Under the pieces are notes generated by a model. That model was not told the origin of the DNA and ran no database searches. It worked only from the letters and a program-made list of their open reading frames with translations. This document shows, in pieces, positions 1 to 12,917 of a stretch of 64,000 nt of DNA (its first letter is position 1; every line of letters starts with the position of its first letter). The position numbers and the translations under genes were made by a program. This DNA comes from Nemertoderma westbladi (Eukaryota > Animalia > Xenacoelomorpha): assembly GCA_032718475.1 (NCBI GenBank), contig JAUCBJ010000586.1, forward strand, positions 43,857 through 107,856, written 5' to 3'.

Positions 1-1580
1 AGTTCCTGTATACCCTTGAAACAGGAAAAGGGTCCCCTGGACTGACAACAAAATTCAGAAGTGCCGAAATGACCTCTATAAGGCGCAGAAAGAGTCCCGA
101 CTAAAACAGACTACAGCGGCCAAGAATGCAGTTAAGACTGCATCTAGGTCCCTGAACAGGCAGTACTCTGTTAATTTACAGGAGCTAATAAACCAACAAG
201 TTGATGCCATCAATGATGCTGACGACAGCAGACAATCATCCCAGGCATGGAAATCGATCAACTTGCATACTGGGCGGAAAAGCCAACCAACCACCAAGGT
301 TAAGGCAGAATCACCAGCCGATCGCCTCAATGGTTGGAAGGCCCACTTTAAAAGCTCCTCAATAATGACAGGGTATTGCCTGATAACTTTATAGAAGTAA
401 AAGTGTCTGAGTCTGTACTCCCAGATATTCCCATTGGTGATATCTCCTTTGCAGAAGTGAAGGCTGCTGCAAAGAGCATTAAGACCAATCGTGCCAGTGG
501 AGTAGATGGTGTTCCCCCTGAGGTCTTTAAAATACCCGAGTGTTTAAAGCTCATCTATCCCATCATAGTAGACATGTACCGAACAACAAGAGTCCCCACA
601 AGAAATGAAATCAAATAAATTGGTGCCAGTTCCCAAGAAGGACAACCTAACACTCTATGGTTCTTTTCGGAGAATCTCATTGATCTCGATTGCTGAAAAG
701 CTATACAATTACAATAGAATTATATTAAATCGCATCAGGGATCCCATTGAGAGACTGCTCCGTGGAAATCAGAATGGGTTCCGTAAAGGTCGTGGGACCA
801 TGGAGCCACTTTTGGCACTTAGAAGAATAATTGAAGAGTTATCAAAAAAGAAAGACAGGCATCTACTGTTATCTTTGTTGACTTCTTCAAGGCCTTTGAT
901 TCAGTCTCTCGCTCACCAATGTTCAGCATAATTTCATGATATGGGATTCCTGATGAAATTATTGCAGCAATCAGATCAGTATACGATGGTTCGACAAAAT
1001 TTGTGTCTACTGTTGACGGTGACACAGAACCATTTGAAGTGTTATGGGGCGTCCTCCAGGGAGACACACTTGCGCCATTCTTGTTCATAATTGTGGTTGA
1101 CTGTGATCTACGCATGTCCTTAGATCATTATAATGATGATGGGGTGATGATAACTCCACCTACTGGCTCCAGAAGTCGAGGAAATCCTGCCAAGTACCTA
1201 ACTGATCTAGACTTTGCTGATGACTTAGGGGTACTCTCAGAATCACTAGAGGGACCCCAACGGCTCCTAAGTAAATTAGAACAGGCTGCTTCTAGTGTTG
1301 GTCTTTTAATTAACTCCAAAAAGACCAAAATTTTGACAATTAACTTTGAAAGTCATCAATAAGTCTCTGATCGGATGAGCATAAGCTCAAAGGATGGTAT
1401 ACTTGAGCAAGTGGACGTTCATTGTGTCAAGTACAATGCAAACATCTCCAACCGAGACACTATATAACATTGGAGGTGTCTTATTGGTTCCCCCAAGCTT
1501 GACACTAGAACAAAGTCGCCTCCGCTTTGCAGAACATTGTTGTTGCCGTGAGGACCAGCCAGTGCATAATCTTGTGCTCG
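1..1580 (+). mobile_element. Degenerate RTE-clade non-LTR retrotransposon fragment (linker + reverse transcriptase, frameshifted, internally deleted; truncated by the window start)
   Basis: RT motifs across frames: NRASGVDGVPPE, LVPVPKK, QNGFRKGRGT, GVLQGDTLAPFLF, DLDFADDL, GLLINSKKTK. Near-identical to minus-strand segments in 36450-38450. Confidence 0.9.
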
Positions 1581-1629
1581 ATAATCATGTCAATTATTAA
1601 TGTGCGATCATTTTAAAAATAAAAATACA

Positions 1630-1710
1630 TCTTCGAAGCTAATGAAAATTAACAACAACTTTCGCTAAGAAATATTTTCCTTTTAACTGAGATGATGTAT
1701 ACATAGTGGG
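1630..1710 (+). mobile_element. Diverged relic of the 5' end of the Helitron family found at 41080-48648
   Basis: cgaagctaatgaaaattaacaacaactttcgctaagaaatattttcc...ctgagatg...catagtggg is a diverged reverse complement of cccactatg...catctcagctaaggaaaatctttcttagcgaaagtagttgattttccttagcttcg (42270-42343). Confidence 0.75.
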
Positions 1711-2633
1711 TATCGTCGAGTAAATAAATTATTAAACACTCTTTTCTCGATCTAATATTGACCTAACTCGCTGCGCTCCCTCTGTAAATAATCGATCTCG
1801 GGAGACGAGCGGTAAGTATAGTCAATTGTATTTACTGTAAAATAAATAACTATAATTCGCCGTTTGCTGAAATGGGATATGCGTCAATCCCCCCCCCCCC
1901 CCCCCCCTTGTATCTAACATGATGATGATGACACCATCATCTAGTTACAATACTGTAGGATGTAGTAATTAAGTACTTCCTTGATGTGTTCAATTCTGCC
2001 ATCTTTCATCCGTTCTCTATGTGGAAGATGTTGTTATTTAACTGTTATTTATGATTAATTTTAAGTTTCTATAGAAAATGAGAATGACATACAATGTAAT
2101 CGGGTTGTTGCAGTACATCCGTTGCCGAATCCATCCCTCAATCTTCCATCCTATGATTATACTACTGTACTATTATTATTATAGAACATACTTAACTTAG
2201 TTACAGCAGTACAGTGAAGTAATATTGGACAAAAACAAAGAGTACCAACGAACCGACAATATAATTTGAGCCGCCGTGTTAGTAGAGCTTTTTACAGTAC
2301 CAGTAGTTTGACAGAATGGAACTTTCAGATTATGTCTATTTAGATGGCATCGGTGCAGCCGTATTATTTACGATTGTAAACGGTGGACTTGACTGCCGTA
2401 AACGGCGAAATATATAAAAATTTAAAAATTTTGGAGTGGAAATGCCTTCTTCCCCGTCTAAATACATTTGCGGGCGCCAATACAGGCCAAGCCTGTATTG
2501 CTTAGCTGTTAGGACAAGCCAAACACCAAGGTTTTAAGATAATAAATAAAGACAAATAAATAGAGACAAATAAGTAAACAAATAAATACCAATAAATAAT
2601 AAAGACAAATAAATAAACAAATAAAGACAGAAA

Positions 2634-3399
2634 GTGTCTGTTGATTTCTCTAAGGACTTTGATTCAATCACCCGATATCGTATGTTCAGCACACTTAGAG
2701 CATATGGGATTCCTGTAGAAATTATTACAGTTCATTATATGAGGGTTCCACAACATTTGTATCGACCGCTGATGGTGACACAGATACAAATGCGAATTTA
2801 TATTAGGAATGCTCCAAGGTGACACACTTACAGTATTTTTATTCGTAGTTGTCGTAAGTTTATGTTCTACGAATGTCCTAAGAGCACCATAATAAATATG
2901 GAGTAAACATTAATACCAGTACTCCTCTATGGGCGTCCATGCTGGGTTCTAACTGATGCTGAGGACACCAATCTCCGGATGGAACATTTAATGATTGAAT
3001 GCTATTTCACAAGAATGTTACGTCCGATTCACTGTGTCAAGTACAATGCACACATCTCCAACCAGACACTATATAACATTGGAGGTGTCTCGTTGGTTCC
3101 CCCATGCTTTGACTTGAACAAAGCCGCCTCCGATTTGTAGGACATTGTTTTCGCCGTGAGGACCAGCATGTTGCACAATCTAGTGCTTCGGACGCCCCAT
3201 GGAGAAAATAAGCATGGTGGACAGCCCATGACTTTCTTGAGACGCATCTTAAAGGACACTGGCCTTGAAGATGCGGATGATCTAGCAAATATCATGAGTG
3301 ATAGGGAGTTGTGGCTGCGCAATTTTGTCGACAAGCCGGCACAGCATTCCTAAAAGTGCAGCTGCACTGCAGCATGCCGATCCTAGTATTAGTAGTAGT
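2634..3399 (+). mobile_element. Degenerate RTE-clade LINE 3' fragment with (TAG)n-like tail
   Basis: VDFSKDFDSI...LRAYGIP and a GMLQGD-like remnant, C-terminal HNLVL..PHG, and 3' end gcagcatgccgatcctagtattagtagtag matching the family end at 36165-36200. Confidence 0.85.
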
Positions 3400-4509
3400 G
3401 TGTGTGTATGTATAACCATCCAATATCTCAACAACTCCAGCAAAAATATACGCAAAAATTTTGATAACAAACTATAAATAAATTTTGGTTGCGCACAAGA
3501 CTGCATATTTTTTGTAGCAACTGGCAAACTGTTTGTAACAACTTTTGAGCAACATATTTGAGCCTCAGAATCTTTTCAAATATCGCTAATCTCGCACAAA
3601 AGGTCGCCAAAATTTGTTAGTCCGACAAAAAACGCACTAATTCGTCTAAAATATGTAGTAAATTATTGGTTGCAGAATAATATGATTCAACTAGAAAAGC
3701 CAGAAAGTTGGCTATAAGGAGACATAGACAAACGTAGTGCAGTTGGGTCCCTCCTCATTCATTATCATAAACATATAAAACAATTGAACGGCCCAGTGCA
3801 GCAGTGCTTACGATTCAATCAGCTTGCCTCCAACCTAACATAGGCCTAGCAGTGAGTAACCTTATAGATATTCACATAGGATTCACTGGAAAGATCTGCT
3901 ATTCAGCTGGTGGGGTAGTACATTATACAAACTAACAGTTGATGTTTGATTACTGTCTGGGATAGAGTGAGAGAGTAATAAATTTAGCAAGTAATATACT
4001 TATCTGCAGTTTGGGCCTATCCATTCAATCAATAGTAGTAGCCTACAAGGCCCTCATGCGTACCAGCAGCTAGTGTTTCTATCGTTGAGTTGATGGCAAT
4101 TATCGTGTTTTCATTTTCTCTCACTCAGGCAGGGCCGTATTAACGGTGGGACTATTGGGACTGCAGCCCCGGGCCCCGTGAAGCTTTGGGGCCCCCCAGA
4201 AAAAGAGAAAAAGTAATGGTCCCTCCTTACATTAAGAAAAATATTTTTGGAACCACGTTAAAACTAAAACATACAAGTAATATCGTACCCAGATGAACAA
4301 ATGCGAAATTCACATTCCACATTATACTACTGAAAATATACCATACCATACCATACCTCTCCAATTTCTCACTGTAAACATTACCAAAGGGCAAGAAAGT
4401 CTGGGGAGGGGTCATAATGTAAAGAACACTAACAGTAGTAAAGGAAGGGAGCAACACTGAGCTGTCCCTACAGACAGTATTACCTACATTATTGGTGTGC
4501 GTGCCAATC

Positions 4510-4670
4510 TGTTTCAATTTCCTCAAACGTATTAAGAACGCTTTATGTACAACAATGACTCATGAACGACTATCTGCAATGGCACTAATGGCTATAGAAC
4601 CAGAACTTCTCCGTGAACTTGACTGTACAACGATTATTGAAAAGTTTGCGAGATTGAAATGCAGAAGGCA
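4510..4670 (+). pseudogene. hAT transposase C-terminal dimerisation (hATC) domain remnant
   Basis: FNFLKRIKNALCTTMTHERLSAMALMAIE...IIEKFARLKCRR resembles the hATC consensus FSxLKRIKNxLRSTMxQERLxxLALLxIE. Confidence 0.85.
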
Positions 4671-4962
4671 CATACAGTATGTACATACAGCAGAAACGTG
4701 CAGAATCTTATTTCTAATTATAAACCTAAACCTTTTTCAATTTTATTTATTATATCAATGAATACAATAGTTTTGTTTCAATTTCGTTAATGTTTTTTGC
4801 GTTAATGGTTTGCCTGTATGAGGTCTGGTTGGTTAATAGTGTCTGACAGGAAGGAAGCACACCACCAAGCAAAAATTATATTCACGGGGGTTTTCGGGGT
4901 CGCCGATTTCATTTCCGAAGGCAGTTTTAATATTTGATGGAATCTAGTCTGTCCGCCGGTCG

Positions 4963-5812
4963 TCCGTCTGTAACCTGCTCCTTTCCCTGATTTGGTAAAG
5001 TGGCCGTTTATTGTTTTGATTAGAAAGGCCCGCCTCTGTAACCTGCTCCTTTCCTTCATTTGGTAAAGTGACTGTTTATTGTTTTGGTTAGAAAGTCCCG
5101 CCTCTGTAACCCGTTCCTTTCCCTCAATTAGTTAAATGATCGTTTATTCCTTTGGTTAGAAAATCCCGCCTCTGTAACCTGCTCCTTTCCCTGATTTGGT
5201 AAAGTGGCCGTTTATTGTTTTGGTTAGAAAGGCCCGCCTCTGTAATCTGCTCCTTTCCTACATTTGGTAAAGTGATTATTTATTGTTTTGGTTAGAAAAT
5301 CCCGCCTCTGTAACCCGCCCCTTTCCCTCAATTAGTTAAATAATCGTTTGTTGTTTTGGTTAGAAAATCCCGCCTCTGTAACCTGCTCCTTTCCCTCAAT
5401 TAGTTAGGTGATCGATTATTGTTTTGGTTAGAAAATCCCTCCTCTGTAACCTGCTCCTTTCCCTGATTTGGTAAAGTGATCGTTTATTGTTTTGGTTAGA
5501 AAGGCCCGCCTCTTTCACCTGCTCCTTTCCCTCAATTGGTAATGTTATCGTTTATTGTTTTGGTTAGAAAAGACCATCTATGTAACCTGCTCCTTTCCTT
5601 CATTTGGTAAAGTGATTGTTTATTGTTTTTGTTAGAAAATCCCGCCTCTGTAACGCTCCTTTCCCTGATTTGGTAAAGTGACCGTTTATTGTTTTGGTTA
5701 GAAAGGCCAGCCTCTGTAACCTGCTCCTTTTCCTTCATTTGGTAAAGTGACTGTTTATTGGTTTGGTTAGAAAATCCGGTCTCTCTAACCTGCTCCTTTC
5801 CATCAATTGGTA
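4963..5812. repeat. 68-bp tandem repeat (~12 copies) inside the hAT element
   Basis: Unit cgcctctgtaacctgctcctttccctgatttggtaaagtggccgtttattgttttggttagaaaggcc; unit starts at 5031, 5099 and 5167. Confidence 0.95.
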
Positions 5813-6586
5813 ATTGTTTTTGACTATAAAATGAGTGTTTTGCTACGTCATGTGGTAATCAATTATCGACAACAACCACAAATTATTAAATTTAGAGTCA
5901 TTTACCACAGGCGCATATGGAAATCTATCCCATAGTCGATACATCATGGAATTTTGAATGTTTTGGCACAGGCATAGTGAAACCAACTGTCCGACAGACC
6001 AGAAATCAACAAATTTTGAATGTTTTGGCATAGGCATGTTGAAATCAACTGTCTGACAGTCCAGAAATCATCCATCTGACAGTTTGAAGAAATACATACA
6101 TAAAAAGTCATTAAAAGGACAACAAATGTCATTAAAGGGACAACAAAAGTCATTGTGCGCAATTCGTAAAAAAGGGAGGACAAAAAAGTCAAATAAAAGG
6201 ACATAAAAAATCACTGCCAATTTATATTAGCCCCTGGCCCCGATATAGTTTAATCCGGCCCTGCACTCAGGGTACTTACTGGTTTGAGGGACAGGTTCGT
6301 TTAACAATTTAAAGCCAACTTGCTGGCTTTCTAGTTATTAATACCTGTCTGTAATACAGTCTGACAGTACGGCCACCAGGCCACGGGAGGCCTACCGGTC
6401 TGCCGGTCCTATGGTTGGGATTATAACAATAAAGTATAGGCCTACATATACAACCTACCCAGCTACCCCTATAGGCCTGCCTACCCAGGACCGACCAGGG
6501 CTGCATGGTCGGTCACACTCGCCTCACTCAGTCACCAAGCCCAAAGCCCAGCCTGCCAAAAGGTTGTCGACAACTACAACTGTACA

Positions 6587-8074
6587 ATGGCAACGAACAA
6601 TGCCGAATCCAAAGCCCGTAGACTCTGGGTTACGGTGGAACTCCCAATATTCATCGCATCCATGAGTATATACATGGTGGAACCTATAGTACGAGAGTAT
6701 ATGTACGATTTATTCGCCAAGGAAGCTGGCTACAACGCGACTAGCCACGATAAAACCTCCCCGGGTTGCGGTACCGGTAACAACAGCGATCCACACGATC
6801 GGGAACTAGCTACCATGGTGAGCGGACAAGTCAGTCGATGGGGCGGCTACTTTATGGCGACATCCGCTACCCCTTCTATTATAATCGGCGCGTATTTATG
6901 CTCTTTGAGCGATAAAGCAGGACGTAAACTACCACTTTGGTTACCAATATTCGGAAATATAATAGAAGCTTCTGTCATACTTTTCGTTTTATACTTTAAT
7001 CTCTCCCAAAGTTATTTTTTCATTGGTTATCTCGCAGTAGGATTCACCGGTTCTTCTCTCGCTCTATTCGCCGCTTGTTTCGCTTACATTGCGGATGTAA
7101 CCGAGGTTGGGGGTTCTAGAACAATTCGTATGGTAGTCCTGCTAACTATGCTAGGTTGCGGTCACGCACTTGGGTCTACTGCGGGAGGATTTTGGGTAAA
7201 TTACACGCGATCCTATATACAACCTCTATGGTTAATTCTTTCTTTAAACATCGCCTTAATTCCTTACATATTCTTCTACCTCCCAGAAACTGTAGCTAAT
7301 CCATCCTACAGACATCTGCTATCTCTAGAACCAATACGTTCCTTTTACAAATTATTTGCTCGAAATAAATTCCGTAGTAAATTTTTAATCGCTATTCTTT
7401 TAACTTTCGCTATTCCGGTTTCGGTTTTCGTTTCGTCTTTGAGTTTTACACCTCCATATCTACTATCGACTCCTTTCTGCTTTTCTAAAGGTATTCTAGG
7501 GGTTGTTTACAGTATGGGTGGTGTACAAGCGATAACAAGTCTAATTGCTGTTAAAATCTTAACTCATTTTAAGGTGAACTTCCATTTTATTGTGGTTCTT
7601 GGACTGGTTTCAGCAGCTACGTATACCGTAGTTTTAGGTGCTGCTTCCGACACTACTTTAGTGTTTGTAGCCGTAGCTGCCGGCGCATTCTCGCACATTC
7701 AGTACAGTTTATTGCGCGCGAGTATGAGTGAGGAGGTGGACGGCTGCGAACAGGGTAGTTTATTCGCGTTGACCGCGGTAGCGGAACAAACGTTCGTGTC
7801 GTTAGAGAGTTTAGCCTTGGGTTACATCTATCCGGCCACTCAGCCGAAATACCCCGGGTTTATATTCTATCTGTCTACGGGGTTTACCGCCGTTGCGATA
7901 CCGACGTACGTGGTAGCCGTTTGGTATAAACGACCGCTGCGTTTGCGCGAGTACGTACGTTACGATTCCAATCGGACCAACGACTCAGACCTACAGCCCG
8001 AATCGGCGGAGGTTGAACCAATCAATAACTCAACAGAGCCGCTAAACAACTCGGTACAAGTCGGTTGTATATAG
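6587..8074 (+). CDS. SLC46-family (PCFT/HCP1-like) major facilitator superfamily transporter, intronless, 495 aa
   Basis: N-terminal VTVELPIF (SLC46 VEP-like), large first loop with a Cys and N-glycan sites, SLSDKAGRK loop, CFAYIADVT, RASMSEEVDGCEQGSLF, IYPATQPKYPGFIF; multiple hydrophobic segments; AATAAA near 8144. Confidence 0.9.
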   Translation: MATNNAESKARRLWVTVELPIFIASMSIYMVEPIVREYMYDLFAKEAGYNATSHDKTSPGCGTGNNSDPHDRELATMVSGQVSRWGGYFMATSATPSIIIGAYLCSLSDKAGRKLPLWLPIFGNIIEASVILFVLYFNLSQSYFFIGYLAVGFTGSSLALFAACFAYIADVTEVGGSRTIRMVVLLTMLGCGHALGSTAGGFWVNYTRSYIQPLWLILSLNIALIPYIFFYLPETVANPSYRHLLSLEPIRSFYKLFARNKFRSKFLIAILLTFAIPVSVFVSSLSFTPPYLLSTPFCFSKGILGVVYSMGGVQAITSLIAVKILTHFKVNFHFIVVLGLVSAATYTVVLGAASDTTLVFVAVAAGAFSHIQYSLLRASMSEEVDGCEQGSLFALTAVAEQTFVSLESLALGYIYPATQPKYPGFIFYLSTGFTAVAIPTYVVAVWYKRPLRLREYVRYDSNRTNDSDLQPESAEVEPINNSTEPLNNSVQVGCI

Positions 8075-9464
8075 ACGGAACGCCAGGAGCTAAAGGAACC
8101 ACTAAATTATTAATTTCCAACTCTTTTTACTAATTGCTTGCGAAATAAAATTGAACTTTGTTTTGTTATAATGAGTTGTAATTAATATAATATAGTTTAG
8201 TGCAAATAATTCGCTATTTATTTCTCATGCTTCTATGTTGTAGGCCAAACCCTATAAATTACAATTGTTCATGAAAAATAATAAATATAATTTTTTAACA
8301 AAAGTTGTAAGATTTGGCGTTACAGATATAAATCGAATATTCTATTTAAAAACATAAAATAAAGTATGTCGCGGTATGTATAGCGTTTATGTATTTGAAT
8401 TTTTTGTATAGATTAATATAACAGTTGGTTGTCAGGAATTATACAGACAATAATTGATTTACTCAGAGTCAGTGATTTTATTTTCAATGCTATATCATTT
8501 AATTGTGCTATTTACAAAATATAAGTTTTATTTGCCTTTAATTTTAACGAATTTCCTTCTGTAATTTTCCGATAATGTAATAATGACTTTTTAATCGTAT
8601 GTTTTAAGAATTTATGTTATTTAATTTTATATATAATCTTATATTTTTTAACAAACTTTCAATTTGCATAGTATCATTATAATTAGCTTTAAGTACATGT
8701 CAATGTAGGCATTATTTTTCATTATATCTAAGTTCTATAATTAATTAATTTATCAATCAATACTTACAATATTAATTTGACAGTGTTTATTTCCGGTTCC
8801 GCCTTAATTTGTGCTAATTGGGTTTACTGTATTTATTAATTTTACCAGTGTTACCAATTTATTTAGCAATGTTAAATAATATTATACATTGTGGGTTGTA
8901 CCTGCCTCCCAAATTTTACTTTTACTACATTTCCAAATCAAAATTCCCCTGCGCTGTGCGATAAATAATAGGCATATAATGTGGTACTTTATATGATTAC
9001 AGTAACTATGGATTTTAATAGATAATAAAGCTGTACATAATCTTCTAATAAAGTGTTTCACACTTTGGGGTCTGTAATAAAATTACCGTGATTATCACAT
9101 ACGCAATAAATATCATATATCATAATCACATAACTAAGACAAATGGCATGAAGTATGTGGATACCATCTTTGTGTGAGCGCTTCGGGTAGCTATTAGTGT
9201 GGCTGATATAACTGAAGATCTGTTTGAAGGTGGCGATAAATAGGCGCTATCAAACATGTAACCAAAAATAATAAATTTATCGGCCTTGATGTGAAGAGAA
9301 TCCAAAGACCATTGTAATCGCTGCGGTGTGTCCCAAAGCGTAGATCCACATGAGAAATGTAACCTATATGAGAATAATGTGTAAGGCTATTTATTGATAT
9401 TTGGATTGAGATTGTTGTTTATAAATTCAGTTAAGTTCACCTTCTGTTAACCTATATGTGATAC

Positions 9465-9905
9465 TACAACAACCACTACTCTAATAGGCCTGTTGCATTG
9501 ATGCTACACATCGTGATGCTACGCTGGCTTACCAAAACATATTTCTTCCACCAGGATGCAATTCACATATGGCATACTATAATGCAGCGTACATAATGAA
9601 TGCCATGCCGGCTTATCGACAACATTGTGCCGCCACAACTCCATATCCCCAATGCCTTTCGCGAGATTATACACATCTTCAAGGAAAGTTTCCTTTAAGA
9701 GGTATTTCAAGAATGTCACGGGCTGTCCACCATGGTTATTTTCTCCATGGGGCTGCAAAAGCACAAGATTGTGCACAGGCGCTGGGTCCTCACGGCGAAA
9801 GCGATGTCATGCAAAGCGGAAGCGGCTTTGTTCCAGTGTGAATATTTAGTGGCTAGTGAGACACCTCCCCTGCTGTATAGTGTCTGATTGGAGATGTGTG
9901 CATGG
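9465..9905 (-). mobile_element. More diverged RTE LINE 3'-end relic
   Basis: Minus-strand HNLVLLQPHGENNHGGQPVTF...ELWRHNVVDKPA is homologous to the family C-terminus; degenerate tail near 9465-9485. Confidence 0.8.
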
Positions 9906-10109
9906 TAATATATGTTGGAGTTTGAAATAGTGGGATATGGAAGTCAGAATATATATTGATGGAAGCTTGCTTACAGATCAGCAAAGGTGATCAAATGTAT
10001 TTAAATGTCCCTCTCCCTCTCTCTCTCACACAGTGAGAAATATCATCTCTAATTCTAATAAGGCATCTCCCATATTATTATTAGCCAAAAAAGTAACGAC
10101 CACTTTTGA

Positions 10110-10285
10110 GACAGAGAGGACAGGGGGAAAACTTGACGGAAATCCCATCTCATCGAATTAATACATCAACGTGCTATACCCCACCCAAGGTGGCCCCACC
10201 CCACATAGCATTATTTTTGAGAGTAATCATCTGTTATTTGGGTCCAATTTCCCCTGGAGAGGGATGGATTTTTATTGCGTTATGG
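10110..10285 (-). mobile_element. Short dispersed repeat related to the element at ~40380-40605
   Basis: cctggagagggatggatttttattgcgt is nearly the reverse complement of acgcaataaaaattcatccctctccagg (~40387-40413), and aaatcccatct matches agatgggattt (~40580). Confidence 0.6.
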
Positions 10286-10799
10286 TTAATGATTATTTTG
10301 TCCTGGAATTTCGTTCCGGTTGGAATTCCGGCGGATTATGCCCGATTCCGGTTCCGGGTGGAATGGTGTCAATTTAGACCGGAATTTAACCGGAATTACC
10401 AGGTTGCTAACTAGTTTGAATGAAAGTTGCAATTAGTTTGTATACATTTACATATTTTTGTTAACATAATCTTACCAAGTTACATTTCTACACATATACA
10501 ACAAGGGCCACCCAGTTTTTTATAGTGAATTCAGTCTTGATGGGCGCGCCATCAAAAACATACAATCACATTTGCAAAAAATGTTCGCCTGATAATTAAA
10601 CTAAAACGGTCCCACCAACAGTTACATCACCTACAACTGTAGTATTCAAAAATATTCATATACCATTCACAACCGTCTTAATTTACATTAACTAATTATA
10701 TCTTTATATAATAACCTTTTTTATAATAATAATTGGCGATTAAACCTTTTGTCATTCTTAAGAATTTTTATGAATTGCATTAACGACTGGTTATTTAGT

Positions 10800-11005
10800 T
10801 TGATTTTACATTATTTTACTTTGATTTCACATTATTTTACAGTAGTTTACATTGAATTTACATTATTTTACAGTAATTTACGTTGAATTTACATTATTTT
10901 ACAGTAGTTTACATTGAATTTACATTATTTTACATTGAATTTACATTATTTAACATTGATTCTACATTATTTTACATTGATTTTACGTTATTTTATTTTA
11001 CTTTG
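10800..11005. repeat. AT-rich minisatellite (tttacattattttacag/tttacattgaa subunits)
   Basis: Direct inspection of the tandem subunits. Confidence 0.85.
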
Positions 11006-11539
11006 ATTTGATTATTAAATAATATTATGTTATTCTGACTCAACTTTTATTCATTATTAATAGTAAGATAAGAAGAGTACATCATCATAACAAAATTATA
11101 ATTAATTGTAATTTAATTATTAGAAGTTCATTAGTTCTATTTCTGCTGATATAGCTTTTTGCTGACTTTATTCTGCTGATTCTGATAGGAAGGTCTGTAT
11201 CCTTTACTAGTTTATTATGATATAATAAGACTGTATTAGTTAGCCATACGTACCGGCCTGAACGAACAGCTAGGTTTGGTAAACATGTACCGGTATAAAG
11301 GTATTGCCCAACATAAATTGGATTACCGCCAAAACTTGTAGCTTCGCTTATTTCCAAGGGGGTCCTTAATGGTACTAAGTTACAAATACAATATTACAAA
11401 TTTGCACTACGCTAACCTAAAACTAATATAAAGCGTAAATTACACAACGTATGTACAGGTCCTGCGAGTAGTCATTAAATCATTACTATTGGTTCTGCAA
11501 CATTAAGTCCTGCGTCGTTAGTGTTAGGTGCCCAGGTTA

Positions 11540-11812
11540 ATTATTTAATCTATTATGATATTTTTCTTCCCCACATTTTGCGCGTTAAATTTACGATGCA
11601 ATCCTACAGTATTTCGATTTCACTCACCTCTTACAATACTACTCCGTCGTTTATACTGTATGCTCATATCTGACGCGTAATAATTTAATTATTTAATCTA
11701 TTATAATATTTTTCTTCCCCACATTTTGCGCGTTATAAATTACGTTGCAATTCTAATTCTACAGTATTTTGATTTCACTCACCGCTTGCAATACTACTCC
11801 GTCGTTTATAGT
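11540..11812. repeat. Local tandem duplication, ~150 bp x2
   Basis: ttatttaatctattat..atttttcttccccacattttgcgcgtta...caatactactccgtcgtttata occurs twice. Confidence 0.85.
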
Positions 11813-12917
11813 TTATGCGTTCTAAAATTACTATTTGAATTTCACCGTGCAGCACTATTTTGTTCTGACCCAATTAATGTGTCTACTGTAATTAGTATTT
11901 ACAGCATTTAGCATTTGTAGCCCCCCCGTCTTCGTTTGGTTTTATGTTCTACTTGGTGTTGGTGGAGGGAATTTTAAATGTTAGTTTTATATTTGCTTAC
12001 ATTTATTATAGGCTGAAGCAGGCCGTTAGGCCGATAACGTTTACCACTACTAAGATCTATTTTCAGCCAGTCAGACCCCATACTGCATGTTTGTCACTGA
12101 CAACTTGCATATATATATATCTACCAGGTGCCCATATTGCAGTAGTTATATTTCTATTTACAGCAAAGCTATTTCTTACCATATAAATATATCGCCATAT
12201 CGTATATAAAATGTCGATTCCGGGACATCCCTACTATAAAGGTCGATTAATTTATGAATACGTTGAATTTGTTTCGAATTGAGTAGTTATCTTGTGTGAA
12301 CTAAACTGAATAATGGCCTGAACACTTCCAATTACTAAAAGATGCCTGTCTTTCTTATTGTCCTCAGCCGTATAAATTTCTACAAAAATAGCAAGTACTG
12401 AATTATATCCAGCAGTTTTCCCTCGAGCTCAGATAACAACATAGCTGAAGTGTTGTTTTTTGCAATAATAATAATGCTGAGTAGTGGTACATTTAATTAG
12501 TAACGCTGTGATGTACAGTATCTCAATAACACTTACCTCGTATGATATTATAATAACACTTATTCTTATTTTTTAGAAAAATTTAAGTACCGGTGTCAGC
12601 GTCCAATGCCTATGTAATTGGGTATTCCGGTAAAAACTGATTAATTACGTGATGAAAAAAAAACACTTGAAAAATGTAATTAAATGATCCTCTTAACACA
12701 AAATTACCCCTCCTTCTTCGAGGTCATCTAGTCGCTAGTCCAGTAGTCCACGATGACTTACTGTATTGTCATACCTCGATCATGGTGCACCACAATGAGT
12801 TTATGATGTAATTTTCTTTCTCTAAATAATTTATCAATCTAGATTACTCGGGGGTTATTTTTGCCGAAATGGTGATAGCGGAGGAAAATTTGGTTAAGTG
12901 GCTTTAAGTTAAATCGA

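Larger units (their letters stand above)
4130..6263 (+). mobile_element. Non-autonomous hAT DNA transposon
   Basis: 14-bp TIRs cagggccgtattaa / ttaatccggccctg (1 mismatch). Perfect 8-bp TSD cactcagg at 4122-4129 and 6264-6271. Internal hAT dimerisation-domain remnant. Confidence 0.92.

Noticed and set aside
4963-5812. Possible CRISPR-like array (also considered for 12918-15125 and 52094-53216)
   Set aside because: Units are contiguous tandem copies with no unique spacers; no cas genes; eukaryotic context.
11250-11378. Possible orphan minus-strand exon (...SFGGNPIYVGQYLYTG...) with AG/GT boundaries
   Set aside because: No recognisable domain and no partner exons could be established by eye; it needs RNA-seq.
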